From Longimicrobiales bacterium (GTDB lineage Bacteria > Gemmatimonadota > Gemmatimonadetes > Longimicrobiales > Gaopeijiaceae), in NCBI GenBank assembly GCA_965198065.1, contig CBDAON010000004.1:416001-480000 (forward strand): a stretch of DNA of 64,000 nucleotides, in the 5' to 3' direction. Shown here piece after piece: positions 10,737 to 20,660 of this stretch. How positions within the stretch are numbered: position 1 is the first letter of the stretch; the number at the start of each line of letters is the position of its first letter. The notes under the pieces are model-generated. The model was not told where the DNA came from and searched no databases. It saw nothing but the letters and a program-made list of their open reading frames with translations. The translations under genes and the position numbers were made by a program.

Positions 10737-11885
10737 ATGGCCCGGCTCGCGAGTCTTCTCGTCGGATCTTTGGTTCTCGCCGCCCTCCTCTTCCGGGCCG
10801 GGTCCACGACCTCGGAGGCCCGGGGGGTTCAGCGGATCCTCACCACCGGAGGACGGGCTCAGGTAGACGTCGAAACCTTTCTAGGCGACCTCGACACGGT
10901 CTGGGACATGATCTGGGCGCCGGACGGTTCGATGTGGTTCTCCGAGCGCGGAGGCCGAATCTCGCGCCTCGACCTCGCAGAGCGGACCCGCACGGTCTTG
11001 GGAGAGGTCCCGAACGTGCTGGAGAGAGGTGAGGCAGGACTCATAGGCATCGCTCTCCATCCGGACTTCCCGGACGTTCCGATGGTGTACGCCGCGCACT
11101 CGTACGACACGGGAGGCGGCATCGGAAATCGCCTGGTTCGCATGCGTTTCCAGAGTGGATCGCTCGGTGCTCCCGAGGTCCTGCTCGACGGGTTGGCCGG
11201 GCGGGGAAACCACGACGGCTCCCGTATCGTGTTCGGGCCGGACGGGTTCCTCTACATGACGATGGGAGACGCCGGGAACCGGCCCTTCTCACAGGACCTC
11301 ACGTCCCTCAACGGAAAGATTCTCAGAGTCACGGCGGAGGGGGCGCCGGCCCCGGGGAACCCGTTCGGCGACCACATCTGGAGCCTGGGCCACCGGAACC
11401 CGCAGGGTCTCGTCTTCCACCCGAACGGGAGGCTCTATTCCGCCGAGCACGGCGCGGGGGATGAAGACGAGCTGAACCTGATCGAGCCGGGCCGGAACTA
11501 TGGATGGCCCACCCTCGAAGGCTTCTGCACCACGCGGGAGGAGGAGGCGTATTGTGCGGCAAACGACGTGGTGGAGCCGCTCTACAGCTGGTCCCCGACC
11601 GTGGGCATTGCGGGCGCGGAGGTGTACGTCGGCGAAGCCATCGCGGGATGGGACGGAGACATCCTGGCCGTCTCGCTGCGCGGGGAGTCGCTGTATCACA
11701 TCACCCTCTCCGACGACGGTCGTCGAGCCATCTCGGCCGAGACGATACTGGACGGCGAGTACGGACGGCTGCGAGATGTCCTGGTGGGCCCGGCAGGCGA
11801 GATCTACGTCGCGACCAGCAACCGGGATGGGCGGGGCGACCCTGTGGCGAGCGACGACCGGATCCTGAGGCTCACCCTGCCGTAA
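10737..11885 (+). CDS. PQQ-dependent sugar dehydrogenase (GSDH/YliI family)
   Basis: GEAGLIGIALHPDF, NHDGSRIVFGPDGFLYMTMGD, GKILR, SLGHRNPQGL, DELNLIEPGRNYGWP, GRLRDV; N-terminal signal. Confidence 0.92.
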   Translation: MARLASLLVGSLVLAALLFRAGSTTSEARGVQRILTTGGRAQVDVETFLGDLDTVWDMIWAPDGSMWFSERGGRISRLDLAERTRTVLGEVPNVLERGEAGLIGIALHPDFPDVPMVYAAHSYDTGGGIGNRLVRMRFQSGSLGAPEVLLDGLAGRGNHDGSRIVFGPDGFLYMTMGDAGNRPFSQDLTSLNGKILRVTAEGAPAPGNPFGDHIWSLGHRNPQGLVFHPNGRLYSAEHGAGDEDELNLIEPGRNYGWPTLEGFCTTREEEAYCAANDVVEPLYSWSPTVGIAGAEVYVGEAIAGWDGDILAVSLRGESLYHITLSDDGRRAISAETILDGEYGRLRDVLVGPAGEIYVATSNRDGRGDPVASDDRILRLTLP

Positions 11886-11986
11886 GGCTTGCTCCGGCGC
11901 CCGGGCGTTGGGTCCGTCCTTCGCACGATCCCCGGAAGAGAGCGGGCTGAGTGATCTGCCGCGCGCTCGATGGCCTGGGAGCTGGA

Positions 11987-12097
11987 TCGGCGCGGGACGC
12001 GATCCATCTGGTCGTCATGGAGCGGCGCGGCGTGACTCGCATCCTGAGCTTCGACCCTGCGTTCGACGCCGTTCCGGGAATCGAGCGCGTGGCGTGA
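11987..12097 (+). pseudogene. C-terminal scrap of a VapC/PIN-domain toxin
   Basis: My translation: SARDAIHLVVMERRGVTRILSFDPAFDAVPGIERVA*, the typical PIN C-terminus (DA.H...ILSFD..FD). Not in the ORF track. Confidence 0.7.
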
Positions 12098-12573
12098 GCC
12101 ACGGGTCCGAAAGCCGTCGCCTCATGCCCCGCCCTCGGGTCCTGCCACCGGTCTATTTCCTCGGCTCCATCCTCCTCATGGGTCTGCTCGACGCCCTTGC
12201 CCCCCTGACGCAAGTCGTCCCTTCGCCGTGGAACCTCGGTGGGGCCGTCCTCATTGCTGGCGGGCTGTGGATGAACATCTGGGCCTCCGGGCACTTCGAT
12301 CGACTGAAGACGACGATCCTGCCCTTCGGAGAGCCTAGCCAGCTTACGACCGAAGGGCTGTTCCGCGTCACGCGTAATCCCATGTACCTCGGGGGCGTGG
12401 TGCTCCTGACCGGGTTGGCCATCTTGCTGGGAAGCCTCTCCCCATGGCTCATGATCCCGGTGTTCGTGTGGGTCATCTCCATCCAGTTCATCCGGGCGGA
12501 AGAGGAGATCCTGGAACGGCGCTTCGGACGACAGTACATCGAGTACACGGAGCGCGTGAAACGCTGGCTCTAG
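12094..12573 (+). CDS. Isoprenylcysteine carboxyl methyltransferase (ICMT/PEMT) family membrane protein
   Basis: LTTEGLFRVTRNPMYLG...IRAEEEILERRFGRQYIEYTERVKRWL; start is GTG 12094 (overlapping the vapC stop) or ATG 12124. Confidence 0.85.
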   Translation: MSHGSESRRLMPRPRVLPPVYFLGSILLMGLLDALAPLTQVVPSPWNLGGAVLIAGGLWMNIWASGHFDRLKTTILPFGEPSQLTTEGLFRVTRNPMYLGGVVLLTGLAILLGSLSPWLMIPVFVWVISIQFIRAEEEILERRFGRQYIEYTERVKRWL

Positions 12574-12617
12574 GGACATCGGTCTCGAGACGGGACCTTT
12601 TCCGGGACGTGCCCTTC

Positions 12618-12710
12618 TCAGAGCCCGCGGAGGAGCCCGACCTTGAGCGCGAACCGCACCAGCTCGGAGCGGTGGTTCTGTTGCAGCTTTTCCATGATCC
12701 GCGACCGGTA
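12618..12710 (-). pseudogene. C-terminal scrap of a LuxR/NarL-type HTH response regulator
   Basis: My translation: YRSRIMEKLQQNHRSELVRFALKVGLLRGL*. Confidence 0.65.
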
Positions 12711-12784
12711 GCGAAGGGAGAGCGAGACGGGTCCGGGCCTCCCCGGGCCCGTCCAAACATTTCCAGACTCCCCGGCCCCCGCCC

Positions 12785-13255
12785 TCAGTTGGCGATGGCG
12801 TCCGCCCCGGCCTGAGACACCCGCTCGTCGTCGACGGCGGCCACGCCGCTGGTCCCAATCGCTCCAATCAGCTGACCGCCGCGCAGGATCGGGACCCCGC
12901 CCGCGAACGGCGTGCCGTCGGGGACCTCCGGTACGGACCCGGCCTCGAGGCGCTGTCCGTAAACCGCGGTCGTGAGCCCCGTGGCCGCGACGGTGGCGGC
13001 CTTCCGCATGGCGACATCGTGGGTCCTGGGTGAAGCGCCATCCAGCCGCCGCACGTACACGGGCATTCCTTCGGCGTCCGCGACCACGATCGTCACGTTC
13101 CAGCCGTTTCGCCGCGCTTCGGCTTCGGCCGCGTCAATCGCGGTCCGCGCCAGCTCGTACGTGAGGGCCCCCGGAGCACCCTGCTGTGCAGCTCCGAAGG
13201 CTGGAAAGGCCAGCGTGCTTGCGAGGAGCAAGGTCGTCGCGATTCGCTTCGTCAT
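12785..13255 (-). CDS. Secreted GlcG/HbpS-family heme-binding protein
   Basis: Signal peptide; VTIVVADAEG...RLDGA...AMRKAAT...GGVPI..GQLIGAIGTSG...DERVSQAG. Confidence 0.85.
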   Translation of the reverse strand: MTKRIATTLLLASTLAFPAFGAAQQGAPGALTYELARTAIDAAEAEARRNGWNVTIVVADAEGMPVYVRRLDGASPRTHDVAMRKAATVAATGLTTAVYGQRLEAGSVPEVPDGTPFAGGVPILRGGQLIGAIGTSGVAAVDDERVSQAGADAIAN

Positions 13256-13488
13256 CAATGACTCCTTCAATGACTCCTGTGGAGAAGTGAGACTTCGGAA
13301 ACATGTCACCCGGGGGGCGCCTTCCGTTGAACGTCGGCTCGCCCGGCCACGTCCGCAACACCGGCCACATCAGGGCGGCTGCGTCTTCCGATTGGGGGGC
13401 GGCCGCTGGACGCCCTCCTCTCCGCATGATACCGTCCCGCGCGGGACATCCTTCTTCGATCACCCGGTGGCCATCGGAGCCCGGCGGC

Positions 13489-14283
13489 TTGTCCAGGCAG
13501 AACATCGTCGAGATGAGGAACGTCGCGGCGTGGCGGAGCCACACTCGCGTCTTCGCAGGGCTTTCCCTCGATCTCCCGCTAGGCTCGAGCACGGTGATCC
13601 TGGGACCCAACGGCTCTGGCAAGACCACGCTGCTCCGGCTCCTGTCGCGCGAGATTTTCCCGGAGCACCGCGAGGGGAGCGCGATGCGGCTCTTCGGGAG
13701 GGAGCGGTGGAACGTCTGGGAGCTCCGTACCCGGCTCGGCATCGTGTCGCACGATCTACAGACGGCCTATTTCTCGTACGCCACCGGCCGGGACGTCGCC
13801 CTCTCCGGTTATTACTCGACGCCCAGGGTCTGGCCCCATCATCGTTTCACCAATGCGCAGCTGGCGCGCGTGGAGGAGGTGCTGGATCACCTCGGCATCA
13901 CGTTCCTGAAGGAGAAACGCTACGGCGAGATGTCCACGGGCGAGCAGCGGCGCCTCCTGCTGGCGCGGGCGCTCATCCACGACCCCGAGGCGCTGGTCCT
14001 AGACGAGCCCACGAGCGGCCTTGATCTCCAGGCCTGCTTTCAGTACCTGGCGCTCGTCCGAAGGCTGATGCGGTCGGGGAAGACCGTCATCCTGGTCACC
14101 CACCACATCCACGAGATCCCGCCCGAGATCGAGCGTGTCGTGCTGCTCAAGGAGGGTCGGGTCGTAGGGGAAGGAAGAAAGGAGGAGCTGCTGACGAGCC
14201 GCCGGCTGAGCGAGCTCTTCGGGACGCCGGTCGACGTGGTGCAAGCGAACGGGTTTTACCAGGCCGTCCCCGGCCGATGCTGA
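13489..14283 (+). CDS. ABC transporter ATP-binding protein (ModF-like)
   Basis: Walker A GPNGSGKT, signature MSTGEQRR, Walker B LVLDEP, H-loop VTHH; TTG start after GGAG chosen. Confidence 0.88.
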   Translation: MSRQNIVEMRNVAAWRSHTRVFAGLSLDLPLGSSTVILGPNGSGKTTLLRLLSREIFPEHREGSAMRLFGRERWNVWELRTRLGIVSHDLQTAYFSYATGRDVALSGYYSTPRVWPHHRFTNAQLARVEEVLDHLGITFLKEKRYGEMSTGEQRRLLLARALIHDPEALVLDEPTSGLDLQACFQYLALVRRLMRSGKTVILVTHHIHEIPPEIERVVLLKEGRVVGEGRKEELLTSRRLSELFGTPVDVVQANGFYQAVPGRC

Positions 14284-15608
14284 GTCCGGAGCGCCCCACG
14301 CTGGTTCGCGCGGTCTCCCGTTGGCAGATCGTGGGCCTCTCCTTGAACGACGTGATCGGGAGCGGAGTCTATCTGCTCCCCGCCGCGGCCGCGGCGCTCA
14401 TGGGCCCGGCCAGCGTGTGGGCGGTCGTCCTGGCCGGCTGCGCGGTCGCGCTTCTCGTGCTCTGCTTCGCCGAAGCTTCCAGCTACTTCGACGAGCCTGG
14501 GGGCGGATACCTGTACGCGCGGGAAGCCTTTGGGGAGATGGTGGGCTTCGAAGTGGGCTGGATGACATGGCTCGCGCGCATCGCGTCCGTGGCTTCGCTC
14601 TCCGCGGGGTTTGCGCTCGCCACCAGCTTCCTCTGGCCTGCGGCGGCCAGCGGATGGCCGCGGGCCGTGGTGATCGCGGCCCCCTTGCTCATCCTCACCT
14701 GGATCAACGTCCTGGGAGTCAGGGCAGGCGCGCGGGTCGCGGTCGGCCTCGTGATCGTGAAGACGCTCCCCCTGCTCCTGTTCATCTCCGTGGGCATCTT
14801 CTCGGTGGACTGGCAGCGGGTGGCCGTGACCGAGATGCCCGATCCGGGAGTCCTGGGGGAAGCCGCGCTCCTCCTCCTCTTTGCCTATGCTGGCTTCGAG
14901 AACACGCCGGCGCCGGCCGGCGAGTACAGGAACCCGCAGCGCGACGTACCGTTCGCGCTCCTCGTAATGATTGGGACGATCACCGTCCTCTACACGCTGG
15001 TTCAGATCGTGGCCTTGGGCACCCTTCCCGCCCTGGCGGACTCCGCTTCCCCGCTCGCGGATTCAGCGGCGCTGTTCATCGGTGGATGGGCCGCGATCCT
15101 CATGACCGTCGGCGCGATGATCTCGATCGAGGGAAACGTCGGCAACACTACCCTCGTAGGCCCTCGGTATCTGTTTGCGTTAGCTCGGGACGGCTTCGGA
15201 CCGGCCGTGCTCGCTCGCGTGCACCCGGTCTACCGCACCCCCGCGGCGGCCATCGTGCTCCAATCCGCTATCGCGCTCATCCTCGCGCTTTCGGGATCGT
15301 TCGTCGGGCTGGCCATGCTGTCGATCGTCGCTCGCCTGGCCACGTACGTCGGCACCGCGGCAGCCGTTCCCATCCTCCGGAGGCGGTTCCCCGGACGGCC
15401 GGACGTGTTCCGGATCCCGGGCGGCTACGCCGTCCCCGGCGCCGCGCTCGCCCTCTCCTTCGTGTTCCTGGCAAGCGCGGAGCTGAACAATCTCGTGGCG
15501 GGCGGCGCGGCGCTCCTCGTGGGCCTCATCATCTACCGCGCACGGCGGACGCCGGTAGAATCGGTCGTCGGGCCTTCGGTTCCACCCGCCGAGCCACCCG
15601 GGCTCTGA
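14277..15608 (+). CDS. APC-family amino acid permease
   Basis: VIGSGVY, FAEASSYFDEPGGGYLY, FAYAGFE, HPVYRTP; about 12 TM helices. Confidence 0.92.
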   Translation: MLSPERPTLVRAVSRWQIVGLSLNDVIGSGVYLLPAAAAALMGPASVWAVVLAGCAVALLVLCFAEASSYFDEPGGGYLYAREAFGEMVGFEVGWMTWLARIASVASLSAGFALATSFLWPAAASGWPRAVVIAAPLLILTWINVLGVRAGARVAVGLVIVKTLPLLLFISVGIFSVDWQRVAVTEMPDPGVLGEAALLLLFAYAGFENTPAPAGEYRNPQRDVPFALLVMIGTITVLYTLVQIVALGTLPALADSASPLADSAALFIGGWAAILMTVGAMISIEGNVGNTTLVGPRYLFALARDGFGPAVLARVHPVYRTPAAAIVLQSAIALILALSGSFVGLAMLSIVARLATYVGTAAAVPILRRRFPGRPDVFRIPGGYAVPGAALALSFVFLASAELNNLVAGGAALLVGLIIYRARRTPVESVVGPSVPPAEPPGL

Positions 15609-16461
15609 CCCCGGTCCGGACCGCCGCGTGGATGACCACCGCGCGGTCTACCTCAGCGTGAAGTCGGGGTGCCTGGTCCGCCAGAGGCCGAAGGCCAGCA
15701 TATCGGCACGACGCTCGAACAGCTGGGATTTGTTCAGTTCATCACCCGGCCGGAGGCCCCGAGGCCGCGATCTCTTCCGGCTCGGCTGCGCCCCTCCCTC
15801 CACGTCTCGCGCCGCCCCTCGGAGCCCCGGCGGCCGCCCCTCGGAGCCCCGGACGGAGACCAGCCTCTTCAATAGGTCAAACCAGAACGGAGCCCCCAGG
15901 CTAGCCGCGGTCGCCGTAGAGAGCCAGCCGAGGATTCTCAAGATCGTCTCGAGCCCCCAGGGCCAGAGCTGGCCCAAAACCGTAGGTCCCCAGTGTCGGC
16001 GACTCCGGACCCCTGGGATGGAGGGAGGACAGCGATCCCCGCCCACCCCATCGGGATCCCCGCAGTGGAGAGCTCGCCCTGCATCCTCGCGACCGCCTCC
16101 GCGAACTCGGCGGTGGCCTGCTGAACGGTGGGGTCCTCGGACGCCTCCGGAAGCGCGTTCATGAGCTCGGCGGCGGCAACCGCGTCGGCGCGGAGGGCCG
16201 GACTGCGATACAGCTCGCTCGTGATTCGGAGGGCATCCACGTTGAAGATCGCAGCCAGACCAAGCCCCAGGAGGAGGAGCGCCTTCTGCGTGTGACGGCG
16301 GTACCAGCCGCTCACCTGGTCCATGCCGGAGTCGAACCACGCCTCGATCTCGGCCAGAAGCTCCTCCTCCCCGGAGCCGGCTTCCACGCGCCGCTCCGCC
16401 CGGTCGATGAGGTGGACGAACGTCTTCCCCACCGTCGAATCCCCGGGTCCTCTTCCCTGCC

Positions 16462-17903
16462 CCAGGAGTCAATCCCAAAGTTAGTTGAAACTGGAGCGGC
16501 CTCCGTCTCAGGCGACAGCATGTGAACGGCTCTCGGGAAGGGTGATCCCGAGGTCCTTCTGGATCGCGGCCCTGAGGAGCGGGAGGTGTCGGTACCCGAG
16601 CAACCTCCGGAGCCGTGACTAGATCTCCAGGAGCGTGGTCGCGAGCCATCGGTGCTTCTGGCTCGAGTTCTTCCAGTGGTCCACGCGTCCGCACCTCTGC
16701 TCGGCCAGGGCGTTCACGGACTCGAGCACGTTGGTGGTCTTGAGCGACTGGCCGACCAGGGGGAAGACTCCCAACCGGTGGAGGGTGAGGGTCTCCTCGA
16801 ACCCCTCATCGAGACTGGCCGCCGCGGACTGGTTCACCCCCGCGAGCTCCTGGCGCAGGGCCTTGAGGTCCTTGACGGCCTCTTCGTACGTGGGCCGCTG
16901 GTAGGCGCGCTGCAGACGCTGGCGCCAGCCCTTCTGCTCCGCTCTCGGCAGATACGAGATCACGTTCTTCCGCTTGTGCCACTGGCACCGCTGGATGAGC
17001 ACCTGTCCCTTGAAGACCGCCAGGACGCCGCTCCGGAGACCGCGGGCTCCATCGATCACCACGAGCGCTCCGGCCGACAGGTCGAGACCTCGGTCCTTCA
17101 GACTCCGAAGGAAGGATCGGATCACCACGGCGTTCTCCGTGTCGGTCTGGACGAACCCGAGGAAGACCTTGTCCCCCTTGGTCGTCACCCCGAGCGCGAC
17201 GACCATCTCGTCCTCGGCAAAGCTCTTGCCGTCCAGGACGAGTGCCACCCCACGTCGTAACCCGAGAGGTCCCGCTCCTGAAACTCCTTCAGCTTCGCGG
17301 CCGTGGCCTTCTTGAACTCCCGCGAGACCGTCGACTTCGACAGCCCGATGGCTCCAGGCACCGCCTCGACCGCTGCCTCGTAGTCCCGGCACGAGATCCC
17401 GAGCAGCACCTTCCGAAACAGCCCCTCGTCCATCTCGCCGGGCGAGCCATGCAGCTGCTCATACGCCGCCAGCCTCGACTCTCCGGCCGGGCCTCGCACC
17501 CGCGGTACTCGCACCGGATGCCGCTGGCCGCCCAACCGCACCGACCCTGGGTTATGCCCATGCCGGCAATGTCGATCGTCCTCGGTCTTCCTGGCGTGAC
17601 GTTGCCCCGCCAGTTGCTCCACTTCCTCCTCGAGCATCCGGCCCACCTCCGCCAGTCCCAGCGGAATCAGCTGCCGGATCAGCTCCACCCGAGGGTCCAG
17701 CTCCAGCGCCTCGATCTCCTCCCAACTCACCTCCCTCGGTTCCCCGAGCCGCCGGTCCTTCTTGCCCCCGCTCGACGAGCCTTGGCATCCTTCCCATCGG
17801 TGGCCTCCTTCCTCTCTTGTGATCCCGTGGTGTGGTCGCACACCCACGTTACCTGAGGTTGGAGGCCGCTTCAATTTCAACTAAAGATGGGACTCACTCC
17901 TGG
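16462..17903 (-). mobile_element. IS256-family insertion sequence with ~40-bp imperfect terminal inverted repeats
   Basis: Left end CCAGGAGTCAATCCCAAAGTTAGTTGAAACTGGAGCGGCCTCC versus reverse complement of right end CCAGGAGTGAGTCCCATCTTTAGTTGAAATTGAAGCGGCCTCC. Exact tips ambiguous by up to 7 bp; no TSD seen. Confidence 0.88.
16508..17797 (-). pseudogene. IS256 (mutator-type) transposase, inactivated
   Basis: RHGHNPGSVRLGG..VRVPRVR, LDG, VVIDG, IQRCQWHK..N, TTNVLES. Frameshifts near 17767 and 17250, in-frame TAG at 16619-16621. Confidence 0.88.
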
Positions 17904-18387
17904 ATGCCTCTTCGAAGGAGAGGGAGCGTGCGCGGATCGGCGCGATCCCTTCCTACCATCGCGCTCACCTCGTCGAGGAGCACCTCGCTGAACGTCGCGG
18001 TCGGCATGTAGCTGAGGCCCACCACGCTTCGGAGGGGTGCCTTTCCCCCGTCCGCCGCTTCGACGAACCGCTTCCCATCCCAGCGGCGAAAGGGACGGGA
18101 CACGTTGACGACGGCGTTCTTGAGCTTCCCCGGCTTCTCGGGAGAGAAGTCCCGATCACCGCGGTTCAGGGTCTGCACGAGGGGATGGCGAAACACCCTC
18201 TCCGCCAGCTCGGTGGACCCACCGTGGTAGAGCAGGTTCTCGATCCCCTCCTTCAGAAACTTCCCCCGGGAGTCCAGAAGCGAGGCGAGCAGCTCCTGCA
18301 CGGCCGTGATGAGAAGGCTGAACAGGATGAACACGAGAGACAGGCCGATCGCCGTCTCGAGCATGGGGAAGTCGAACATCCACCCTC

Positions 18388-19491
18388 CTATACGGGTTCG
18401 AGCTCCTCGTCGCCAATGATGAGGTTCAGCGCCCCGTACTCCTGAGAGATCCTGCGCTCCCGAAACTCGGGCGTGCGGCGGACCCACCGGAAGCTGGCCC
18501 CGATCCGCTTGAAGCGGACGAAGGCGCCGAGCTCCGCGTCTCCCACCACGCCCTCCTTCGAGACCGTGTGCGGATCGTCCCCGAACCACCCCCCGTCCAG
18601 GAAGATGTTGTGAGCGACGACGCGGGCGCCCACCGACGCGAAGCCGTAAGCCTCGAAGTCGCCTTGGCGAGCCATCATCGGAGCGACCGGCTGAATGCGG
18701 CTTGGACCGAAGTCGTCTCCCAGATTCCAGCCCAAACGCGCGGTCACGCCCCCACCGCCGTAGGTGAAGATGTTTCCCGCGACGACCGTCCACTCGGGGA
18801 TCACGTCGAACGCTCGGCGGTCGAACGCCGTCCACTGGATCGCCCGCTGCTTCCCCACGTACTGGAGCACGATGCCGGGCTCAGTTCGGATCTGGTGATC
18901 CCAGCCCTGGGGCTCGGGCGCCCCCGTGGCGACGTGCTCGTGCACAAAGGTCTGCGTCTCGTCCGAGAATGACAGATCTCCCGTGACCCCCACGTCCACC
19001 TCGAAGGTATGCTGCGTCGCTTTAAAGTCTCCGAGGTCCCCCACGTCGGGCCGGGACACGTGCAGCATCTTCCCCAGATAGAGCCATCCGCCGTATGGCC
19101 GGTCGTCCTCGATGAGGTCGGCAATCGTGATGTCCTGGGGGCTATAGAAGTTCTGCCCGATCACCCACCCACCCGACCACTCCCAGCAGAGGTCGGGGTC
19201 GATGTCACACGAGGGCTGGAACACGCGCCGGACCAGATCGTCCGGGAGCCACCAGTGGTTCTCGCCGGGGTCCAGCGACTCGACCGAAAAGACGATGCGG
19301 GACCCGTTCGTGTAGGACTGGTCCGTGTCGTAGAACGTGTCGTTCTCCCAGTAGAGCGACCAGAACGAGTTCTCCCCCCGCTCGAACGTCTGGGCCGCAA
19401 GCCCGGCGCTCCAGGTGGGAGCCGATGCGAGCCCCAGGAAACAGATCCCGAGGCACGCGGCGGTGCCTCGAGGAGCCGTCCACCTCGTCAT
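18388..19491 (-). CDS. Lipid A 3'-O-deacylase LpxR-family (DUF2219) outer-membrane beta-barrel
   Basis: Signal peptide; YWENDTF..DQSYTNG, GQNFYSP..DRPYGGWLYLG, QTFVH...PQGWDHQI, HNIFLDG, TPEF...YGAL. Confidence 0.85.
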   Translation of the reverse strand: MTRWTAPRGTAACLGICFLGLASAPTWSAGLAAQTFERGENSFWSLYWENDTFYDTDQSYTNGSRIVFSVESLDPGENHWWLPDDLVRRVFQPSCDIDPDLCWEWSGGWVIGQNFYSPQDITIADLIEDDRPYGGWLYLGKMLHVSRPDVGDLGDFKATQHTFEVDVGVTGDLSFSDETQTFVHEHVATGAPEPQGWDHQIRTEPGIVLQYVGKQRAIQWTAFDRRAFDVIPEWTVVAGNIFTYGGGGVTARLGWNLGDDFGPSRIQPVAPMMARQGDFEAYGFASVGARVVAHNIFLDGGWFGDDPHTVSKEGVVGDAELGAFVRFKRIGASFRWVRRTPEFRERRISQEYGALNLIIGDEELEPV

Positions 19492-19520
19492 CCCTTCCTC
19501 CTGTCTCGTAGGGCCCGACC

Positions 19521-20600
19521 TCAGGGGTTGAAGCCCAGGCGGAGGGCCCAGTAGTGGAAGCCGTCCATCGAACGGAACTGGCCATGCGGGTGGATCCCAC
19601 CATAGAAGCGGGCGCTGAACTCGACCTCGGACTGACCGAGCCCCCGCTGCCCGAAAAGCCATCCGAATCCTCCCGACCAGCTCGGCACCCGCTCGGGGGC
19701 TTCCGTGTCGAGACGGTCGCGCCAGTAGCGCTTTCCAGCCACGAAGAACCGCGCCTTGCGCCCCTCCACACCGATCAGAGGAGACCACCACTCGGCCCCT
19801 ACGCTGAAGTCCCACTGGTTCTGGTAACGGAGGGGAGCAATGGGGACCGGCTCCGATCCCCGATCGGCCGGGACACCGTGCCCCTCCGCCGTGTAGTCAA
19901 ACCTGAAGAGGCCCTCCTCACTCCCCATGTGGAACCGGGTCCCCACATACACGCGGCTGTACCACCCGATTTGGACGAACTCGGGGGCATTGTCGAGCCC
20001 GAGCTGCAGCTCGAGCGTCTCGACGCCCACGTTGTATCGGCGAAAGTCTCCCTTCGACGCGGCGTTGAACGTGTACTCGTCGCCCAGGTGCGTGCTCTCG
20101 TGCTTCCATCGCAGCCGCCCCGAAACGCGCTCCATCGGCCCCCATAGCCGGAACCGACTTCCGATACCGAACCCGAAGTCCGAGTTCACGATGTCCTGGT
20201 CACTCATGCGGAGGAGGGTGTGGACGCTCAGGTGGAAGTAGACGTCGATCCCGCTCGTGCACTCCTCCTCCCCGATCATCCAGGACACGATAGGAATGTC
20301 CCCGCCAAAACCCGCTTCCGCATGGAGGCGGCCCTTCTTCCCGTTGAACGGATTCCTCTCGACGGAATAGCCTGCCATCGGAACGCTGTCCGACAAGGGC
20401 ATGATCTGAGCGTAGATGGCGGGAGTGCGGATGTCCGCCCGGGGTGACTTGAAGTACTGGAAGTCGCGGAGCCAGAGACGCGGCTCAGTTCCGTCGCCCT
20501 CTTGAGGCTCGATGCACTGGGCCAGGGCGGCGGTCGGAAGGAGCAGGGGGAGGAGGACCGTGGACATGGCCCACCGGATCGGCCTCGGACGCGTCCTCAT
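19521..20600 (-). CDS. DUF1207-like outer-membrane protein
   Basis: Signal peptide; F.SP.AD.RTP, DIVNSDF, RLRWKHESTHLGDEY, YGG.HPHGQF, terminal LRLGF. Confidence 0.7.
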   Translation of the reverse strand: MRTRPRPIRWAMSTVLLPLLLPTAALAQCIEPQEGDGTEPRLWLRDFQYFKSPRADIRTPAIYAQIMPLSDSVPMAGYSVERNPFNGKKGRLHAEAGFGGDIPIVSWMIGEEECTSGIDVYFHLSVHTLLRMSDQDIVNSDFGFGIGSRFRLWGPMERVSGRLRWKHESTHLGDEYTFNAASKGDFRRYNVGVETLELQLGLDNAPEFVQIGWYSRVYVGTRFHMGSEEGLFRFDYTAEGHGVPADRGSEPVPIAPLRYQNQWDFSVGAEWWSPLIGVEGRKARFFVAGKRYWRDRLDTEAPERVPSWSGGFGWLFGQRGLGQSEVEFSARFYGGIHPHGQFRSMDGFHYWALRLGFNP

Positions 20601-20660
20601 CGGTTCTCTCGACTCATGGAGGGCTCTCGACTCCCGGGTTTGGCCCTGGACTCGCAGGCG

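Larger units (their letters stand above)
15648..18379 (-). pseudogene. Conserved hypothetical membrane protein split by an IS256-family element (N-part 17894-18379, C-part 15648-16468)
   Basis: N-part MFDFPMLETAIGLSLVFILFSL...HPLVQTL..SYMP; C-part WFDSGMDQVSGWYRR...NVDAL...GIPMGW...GWLSTATAASLGAPFWFDLL, with an additional frameshift near 16030. Confidence 0.75.
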
